A program made the position numbers and the translations under genes. Below, piece by piece: positions 58,391-64,000 of a stretch of DNA of 64,000 nucleotides (position 1 is its first letter; each line of letters opens with the position of its first letter). The stretch is from positions 124,001-188,000 of the IMG/VR virus record IMGVR_UViG_3300021137_000001. The stretch is one strand, 5' to 3'. The notes under the pieces are model-generated. The model saw nothing but the letters and a program-made list of their open reading frames with translations. It had not been told where the DNA came from and searched no databases.

Positions 58391-59150
58391 CTTCGTTCCA
58401 CATTTCTTCAGCAATAATAAATTCACGAACGAATCCACTACGTACAATATCATCGTGTCCAAAGTAAACACTGCGGAACGATGGTATCATTGCAGCAATT
58501 TTCACAAACTTAGCAAAGCCACTGAAGTCACTTCTTTTACGATGTAAATCGTTTTGTGCAATATCACCGCAGTAGATAAGTTTAGAGTGTTGTCCGACAC
58601 GTGTTGCTACTGTAGATAATTCTTCGTAGTTTGCATTTTGAAATTCATCAAAGATAACAATACTATTATCCCATGTTACACCACGAATGTTACCTGTAGT
58701 GTGAAATTCCACAATGCCTGCTTCTTTTAAGAATTTGTATTGATTTGTTTTCTTAAATAAATCGTTAAACAACTGCGTATATGGCAGTTCATAAATTGCA
58801 TTCTTTTCCTCTTGTGTGCCTGGAACAAAACCTTGTTCTCTAGCTTGTACTGCACTACGTACAATAATTATTTTCTCATATCCGTTTACTTTGTCTAGTA
58901 CATCACACAATGAAAGATACAATGCAATAAAACTTTTACCCGAACCTGCAGACCCAGCAAGTATCATGGAGTAGTCATCACTCCACATATCAAAGACTTT
59001 TTCTTGGTTTATTGTTTTTGGGCTAACATTCACTAAATCAAGACTTGAAAACTTCTTTTGATTATAGGCTGTTGGGATTGGTATTGGATTGTTATCGATA
59101 AATCTTACAAATTCACGTGCTTTTACTGAACCGCTTCTACGTTTTGTCAT
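58374..59150 (-). CDS. phoH: PhoH-family ATPase
   Basis: GSAGSGKS, IIIVRS, RGVTWD, DEFQN, TRVG, GD..QND, DIVRS. Confidence 0.93.
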   Translation of the reverse strand: MTKRRSGSVKAREFVRFIDNNPIPIPTAYNQKKFSSLDLVNVSPKTINQEKVFDMWSDDYSMILAGSAGSGKSFIALYLSLCDVLDKVNGYEKIIIVRSAVQAREQGFVPGTQEEKNAIYELPYTQLFNDLFKKTNQYKFLKEAGIVEFHTTGNIRGVTWDNSIVIFDEFQNANYEELSTVATRVGQHSKLIYCGDIAQNDLHRKRSDFSGFAKFVKIAAMIPSFRSVYFGHDDIVRSGFVREFIIAEEMWNEANPNG

Positions 59151-59457
59151 ATGTCACCATTGTTAGTTAATTAGTTATTAGTCGAACTGTGTGGTAAATG
59201 TTGCGCCACTGTTAATTAAAGGTTGGTTGTATAATTATGTTTTGCTAATACAGAGTAGTGCAGTTTAATTGAGACTGTCCGAATATGTCTTCTTGTAGTT
59301 GTCAGTGTTATTATATCGCGTTGTCGTCTGAGTGTACAATTTATTAAACGTATGGCTTATGCTGTATTACTTTATCTCCTATGTTAAATTTATTTAACCA
59401 TAGAAAAAAGATTGAAAGTACACAGTTATATCTGAGATTTAATTACTAAATACTGAG

Positions 59458-59973
59458 CTACACACTCCACTCGGCATAAATTCTATTACCAGTATCCCAT
59501 TGCGCAACAACTAACTTGTATCCAAAGCGATCAGCAAACTCTATATGCTTCTCTATTGTCCATGGATAGAAGTCAATATCTTTGCATTGTTCATTGTTGT
59601 GGTCTGCCACGCCGGGATTACAGCGCCAGTATATTCTACTCTTGGGTTTGAGATTTTTGATTACACATTCGATTTGATTTAGTATGTTTTCTTCTGAGCC
59701 AAAGTTAATACTACCTAAACAAAATGCTACATCAAACTTATCATCTGATATAAAGCCCTCTATGCTTAGTCTGTAGTCTGCCATTGCGTTTGCTGGGTCA
59801 ATACCGACAAGATTTGGAATACGTGTACTAAATTCGTTAAAGCCGCAACCAACGTCGAGTACAGTTTCGCCTGAGTTAATTTTGTTTACTAATGCCCATC
59901 CTGAGAATTTGTATTGATTTATATTACTTTGCCATGTAGTGCTAAAATAATTATTGAGTGCTGTTTGTTTCAT
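59458..59973 (-). CDS. Class I SAM-dependent methyltransferase
   Basis: VLDVGCG, GID, FDVAFCLGSINF. Confidence 0.85.
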   Translation of the reverse strand: MKQTALNNYFSTTWQSNINQYKFSGWALVNKINSGETVLDVGCGFNEFSTRIPNLVGIDPANAMADYRLSIEGFISDDKFDVAFCLGSINFGSEENILNQIECVIKNLKPKSRIYWRCNPGVADHNNEQCKDIDFYPWTIEKHIEFADRFGYKLVVAQWDTGNRIYAEWSV

Positions 59974-59988
59974 ATAATTACTTATATG
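59971..59988. promoter_or_regulatory. Symmetric bidirectional late-type promoter between head-to-head ATGs
   Basis: CATATAATTACTTATATG reads TATAATTA-N5-ATG on + and TATAAGTA-N5-ATG on -. Confidence 0.55.
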
Positions 59989-60867
59989 AAGAATATTTGT
60001 ATAATATATAATGCTGGCAGTTATGGTACTTTTATTAACTGGTGCTTAAATTATTTCAGCGATTTAACTTTTGATGAGTCACTACCATTTACTGAAATTG
60101 GAAATTCGCATAATTTTGTCACTCCTACGTTAATGAATTTTCAAGGTTGTGTAAATTTTGTCGAATCAAATAGTACTGCATCGATTGTTAGATTTCATCC
60201 AAAAACACAAATTGACGAGAATATAATAGATAATCTAGTATATATTAATGTGCATTTTAAAAAAATTATATATTTAATTCCCACTGTTGATACTATAGCA
60301 TGGAATATAAATAATAAGTTTGAAAAAATATGGACAGAAGGATGGTTACTACACAACGAGCCATCCTATTCAAATAATCTGACTTGCTGGGAGGGAAATA
60401 ATCTAGATCAAATGCAACTATGGGAAAAGAGAGAATTTTTATCTCTGTATATTTACCCGCAGCATCTGTCAGAATGTAGAATATCACACTATCCACAAAT
60501 ACAACAAGAATTTACTAAGTTTCAATTTGTCACAATTGATTCACTAAGGGATAATTTTAAAGAATCTATACTATCAATGTTAGAATATTGTAACTTACTG
60601 CCTGTTCGTATTGACAAGTTTGATTATGTCTATAGAGAATGGATAAAATTACAATATCATAGTAATAAAGATCAACTAATCGATACAATAATCAAGTCCG
60701 TTTTAAATAATAATTATTATGATTGGTCAGATAGTAAGTTAACATTAATTGACGAAGCACTAATACAATATTATCTCAGAGAGAATAAAATAGAAATTAA
60801 ATGTTATAACTTAAATATATTTCCAACAAATGCAACAGAATTAAAGGAATATTTATATAGTGCCTAG
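59986..60867 (+). CDS. P-loop/sulfotransferase-like hypothetical protein
   Basis: IIYNAGSYGTFI..L N-terminal loop; very AT-rich. Confidence 0.5.
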   Translation: MKNICIIYNAGSYGTFINWCLNYFSDLTFDESLPFTEIGNSHNFVTPTLMNFQGCVNFVESNSTASIVRFHPKTQIDENIIDNLVYINVHFKKIIYLIPTVDTIAWNINNKFEKIWTEGWLLHNEPSYSNNLTCWEGNNLDQMQLWEKREFLSLYIYPQHLSECRISHYPQIQQEFTKFQFVTIDSLRDNFKESILSMLEYCNLLPVRIDKFDYVYREWIKLQYHSNKDQLIDTIIKSVLNNNYYDWSDSKLTLIDEALIQYYLRENKIEIKCYNLNIFPTNATELKEYLYSA

Positions 60868-61435
60868 TTACATATTCTTTACCGGAGTACCCGGATCACG
60901 ATGGAGTGGCATTGCGCAAGTGTTAGAGTCAATGCCCACCATGAATACAAGTGACCGCACTCCTGCACGTACATACAGCCATCACAGCTACACAGGGCAT
61001 GTTGGCGCATACTTTGGTCGCGGTATGGAACTTGAAGCTACGTTAGATGCAGCGCACATAAACAGTGCATGGACAACAGAGGGTGATACTAAGTTAGTTA
61101 AAAGTCACGATTGGGCATACAAGTTACAAGAAATCAAAGATACATTCCCAGATGCGTGGATTATGCTAGTCTATCGCCCAGACATGACAAGTTATGCTTG
61201 GTGGCACGAAGCTGGGGGATTTCAAATTAAGTATCCGTGTTATGATGCGTACAAAAACAGCCCAACTATGTTAGGAGAAATAATAGCACAGAATACCGCC
61301 ATACTCGAGTTCGGAATGATAAATAACTGTAAGTGGGAGTACTTTACGTCCAAGTGGATTAAAGAAAACTTCGATACTGACCTTGATGTAACTAACGTCT
61401 GGCCAGATATATTAGTTACATTAATTAAATTATAA
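60860..61435 (+). CDS. Sulfotransferase/P-loop-like protein
   Basis: FFTGVPGSRWS, VKSH, F.DA.I.LVYR. Confidence 0.6.
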   Translation: MPSYIFFTGVPGSRWSGIAQVLESMPTMNTSDRTPARTYSHHSYTGHVGAYFGRGMELEATLDAAHINSAWTTEGDTKLVKSHDWAYKLQEIKDTFPDAWIMLVYRPDMTSYAWWHEAGGFQIKYPCYDAYKNSPTMLGEIIAQNTAILEFGMINNCKWEYFTSKWIKENFDTDLDVTNVWPDILVTLIKL

Positions 61436-61456
61436 CGTTATTAAAAGGATATTAAA

Positions 61457-62152
61457 ATGAACTCAAAACAATTTGTTGCTAAAATGGCACAAGACAATGA
61501 AGCACTATTTCAAGCAAGCGAAATGCAAGTTGAAGCATATTTCAACAGCAAACCAACACAAGAACAATTAGTAACACATTTCGTTGGTCGTATGGTTAAC
61601 GAAAGAATGAACATGGTAGCTATTGCTGGTAAAGTTGCAGCTATGCCTGCAGATGCAACAGCAGAATATTGTGCGCTAATCAGCAAACAAGCATTAGATG
61701 AAGCTAATCACTTCCGTATGGTGCGTGATGTTATTGAACACATGACAGGTGAGAAATTAGACGTTGCGGCTGCAATTGCTAACGAAGAAGCTAATCCAAC
61801 TGCTAAAGGTGCGGCGCTATTAGCAACATACGAAGCTGAAAGCGATCCACTAGCGTTAGCTGCATATCAGTTCATTGCAGAAGGCCGTGCGGAACGTGTA
61901 TGGAACAAAATGGCTGATTGTATTCAAGACGAATTTATCTCAACAACATACGCTAAAATTGCTAAAGATGAAGGCTTCCATGCTAACATTGGTGCACGTT
62001 CATTAGAACTATTAGCAACAGACGAAGCTACACAGGCACGTATTGAGCAAATTGCTCGTACAATGCGTATGGACTTGTTTGCTGTTAGTTGCATGAACAC
62101 AACAGCATTACCAGAAGCTGCAAAATTAATTGCTGACGCTTACGGCGCATAA
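61457..62152 (+). CDS. Ferritin-like di-iron carboxylate protein
   Basis: E...DEANH...E...DEGFH ligand set; strong RBS and own terminator. Confidence 0.85.
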   Translation: MNSKQFVAKMAQDNEALFQASEMQVEAYFNSKPTQEQLVTHFVGRMVNERMNMVAIAGKVAAMPADATAEYCALISKQALDEANHFRMVRDVIEHMTGEKLDVAAAIANEEANPTAKGAALLATYEAESDPLALAAYQFIAEGRAERVWNKMADCIQDEFISTTYAKIAKDEGFHANIGARSLELLATDEATQARIEQIARTMRMDLFAVSCMNTTALPEAAKLIADAYGA

Positions 62153-62171
62153 TTAGTTATATAAGTTTCGC

Positions 62172-62196
62172 AAAAGGGACTTTGGTCCCTTTTTTT
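62172..62196 (+). terminator. Rho-independent terminator
   Basis: AAAAGGGAC-TTTG-GTCCCTTTTTT. Confidence 0.88.
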
Positions 62197-62211
62197 ACCT
62201 CTAGGATTTCA

Positions 62212-62442
62212 ATGAAAGATTATACAGTTATCATTAAATGGTGTTCAGCAACAATGATTTTATGTGCTATGCCATTGCATATATTAGGCATTACGCCATG
62301 GAATAGCATACTACAAATTATCGGTGCTTGCGGTTGGGTATATGTAGGTTTTAAATGGAATGAGAAATCTCTTATTACTAATTTCTTGCCGCAGATTTTT
62401 ATGATTATTGCTGGATTAATGTACTTCGCATACTTCAAATGA
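62212..62442 (+). CDS. Small multi-TM membrane protein
   Basis: AGGA RBS before MKDY; three hydrophobic segments. Confidence 0.65.
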   Translation: MKDYTVIIKWCSATMILCAMPLHILGITPWNSILQIIGACGWVYVGFKWNEKSLITNFLPQIFMIIAGLMYFAYFK

Positions 62443-62975
62443 TTATAGCAATTTCGCAAACACAAACTAATATCAATGATACAATTTATGATTGTCTAGA
62501 TCCTAGATGGTACAATTTCTTAGACAATCATAAATTGATTCCTATTCCGAATATTATAGATGTACATTTTAATGCAGATATGCTAATATTAACTGGTGGA
62601 GAAGATACTCCGGAACGACTAGTAACAGAAACAGCTCTTTTTAATATAGCATTGACAAAAAATATACCTATCCTTGGTATATGCAGAGGTGCATTTATTT
62701 TAAACAGTTATTACAATGGCATTAATAGAACAATCACAGGACATAGTAAAACGGAACATGTAATAGAGATGGAAGAAGAAACATTTATTGTTAATAGCTT
62801 CCACAGTACATCCATTTACCTAGTAGGCGAGGATATCGAAATTATTGCAACAGCCGACGAATGTGTTGAAGCATATAAACATAAACAATTACCAATTTGG
62901 GGACTTTCGTGGCACCCGGAACGAATGGAAGAACCTGTGTTACCAAAAGAGTTAAAGGAGTTATTACTTGTCTAA
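62439..62975 (+). CDS. Class I glutamine amidotransferase / peptidase C26 (PuuD-like)
   Basis: LTGGED, GICRG (Cys), VNSFH, WHPE. Confidence 0.9.
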   Translation: MIIAISQTQTNINDTIYDCLDPRWYNFLDNHKLIPIPNIIDVHFNADMLILTGGEDTPERLVTETALFNIALTKNIPILGICRGAFILNSYYNGINRTITGHSKTEHVIEMEEETFIVNSFHSTSIYLVGEDIEIIATADECVEAYKHKQLPIWGLSWHPERMEEPVLPKELKELLLV

Positions 62976-63594
62976 AATGTTGATTTTAACTGGGCCTCAA
63001 GGTGCCGGAAATCATCTCTGGAGTAAAATATTCAGCTTGCATCCAGAAGTATACGGATGGAAAAGTCTATTAGACAATTACTGGGAAGCACATAGATTTG
63101 CAGAACCATTTTGCGAGCATTGGCGTGACCACAGTAAGTTAGCAGACTTTGATTGGGCGCAAAGCAAATATTTCTTTACAAGTATCAGTTGTCCATTAGG
63201 TATACAAGATAAGAAATGGATGCCTGATGTTGCTGGATTTGTACAGGCAATAGAGCAACAAGGAGTAGAAGTGCAGATTGTTGTGTGTGGGCGTGATCAA
63301 ACTATATTAACCAATCAGCAAACACGTATTAGAGATGAGCACACGTTTCCATTGTTTATGCAACAGCTACCTAAATTTAACAAACCAACATTCCTAAGTT
63401 ATGAATTGTTATATTTGTATAAAGAACAATACTTACACAGTTTATCTCTCAATATACCTATTGCGTGGAATGATCCAACTGTACATACTATTTTAGAAAA
63501 CGATAGTAATGCAAAATATATACACTATGTTGACGATTATATTTTAGATAACTGTAATAAGACGGGTATTCCGCTTAGTGAACTACCAAAATGA
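62968..63594 (+). CDS. P-loop/sulfotransferase-like protein
   Basis: LILTGPQGAGNHLWSKIFSLHP. Confidence 0.6.
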   Translation: MSKMLILTGPQGAGNHLWSKIFSLHPEVYGWKSLLDNYWEAHRFAEPFCEHWRDHSKLADFDWAQSKYFFTSISCPLGIQDKKWMPDVAGFVQAIEQQGVEVQIVVCGRDQTILTNQQTRIRDEHTFPLFMQQLPKFNKPTFLSYELLYLYKEQYLHSLSLNIPIAWNDPTVHTILENDSNAKYIHYVDDYILDNCNKTGIPLSELPK

Positions 63595-64000
63595 AGAAAC
63601 TATTAATTATTACAGGCCCACAAGGCTCGGGCAATCATTTGTTTAGTCGTGTGTTAAGCACACACCCACAAGTTGGCGGCTGGAAAGAATTGTTAAAACA
63701 ATATTGGGTACCTAGTGACGAAGAACCTTTTGCTAAGTTTTGGGTTAACCCAGACGAACTAACAGCAACACACTTTGAAGGCTATAACTATTGGCTTGCC
63801 AATGTAAGCTGCCCATTCTTTTATGACGGAGTGCGTCATGTACCAAAAATACTCGAAGTAGCAGAGCAAGCACGTGCGTTAGATATTGATGTACAGATTG
63901 CTATTATTGTACGTGATCAAAATATTAACGCAGAACAGCAACAACGTGTACGCAATGAAGTAACATTACCTATCGCACAAAATTACTATTATAATGTGTT
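63591..64000 (+). CDS. Tandem paralog of 62968-63594 (3' partial)
   Basis: MKKLLIITGPQGSGNHLFSRVLSTHP...EPF; ATGA overlap; runs off the window. Confidence 0.75.
   Translation, partial: MKKLLIITGPQGSGNHLFSRVLSTHPQVGGWKELLKQYWVPSDEEPFAKFWVNPDELTATHFEGYNYWLANVSCPFFYDGVRHVPKILEVAEQARALDIDVQIAIIVRDQNINAEQQQRVRNEVTLPIAQNYYYNV

Overview
The window is AT-rich, densely coding DNA from a large (jumbo, T4-like/myovirus-type) tailed bacteriophage, probably infecting a Gram-negative proteobacterium. Core and structural genes: ATP-dependent DNA ligase, clamp-loader ATPase, a DnaE-like fragment, three paralogous tail-fibre genes and a baseplate-like protein. Host-like auxiliary genes: groES/groEL plus a second co-chaperonin, clpP, traR/dksA, infA, erpA/iscA, phoH, a MazG-like enzyme, a CHASE2 adenylate cyclase, a PBP7-like peptidase, a lipase and an outer-membrane beta-barrel. 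There are two sugar or small-molecule modification clusters, about nine free-standing HNH/GIY-YIG endonucleases, about 20 near-consensus sigma70 promoters and T4-like late promoters. The most notable signals are non-coding or architectural: (1) a circularly permuted, alphaproteobacterial-style two-piece tmRNA with a 30-aa tag, whose 3' end is duplicated around an HNH gene; (2) a ~265-nt highly structured, pseudoknotted orphan RNA at 7982-8246; (3) a covarying two-hairpin leader shared by two GIY-YIG genes; (4) endonuclease insertions that appear to supply replacement copies of the target ends they displace; (5) a YafQ-like toxin-antitoxin pair that may form a translation-control circuit with tmRNA, ClpP and IF1; (6) a split GmrSD-like ParB+HNH operon. 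All calls come from motif reading only; no database searches were run.
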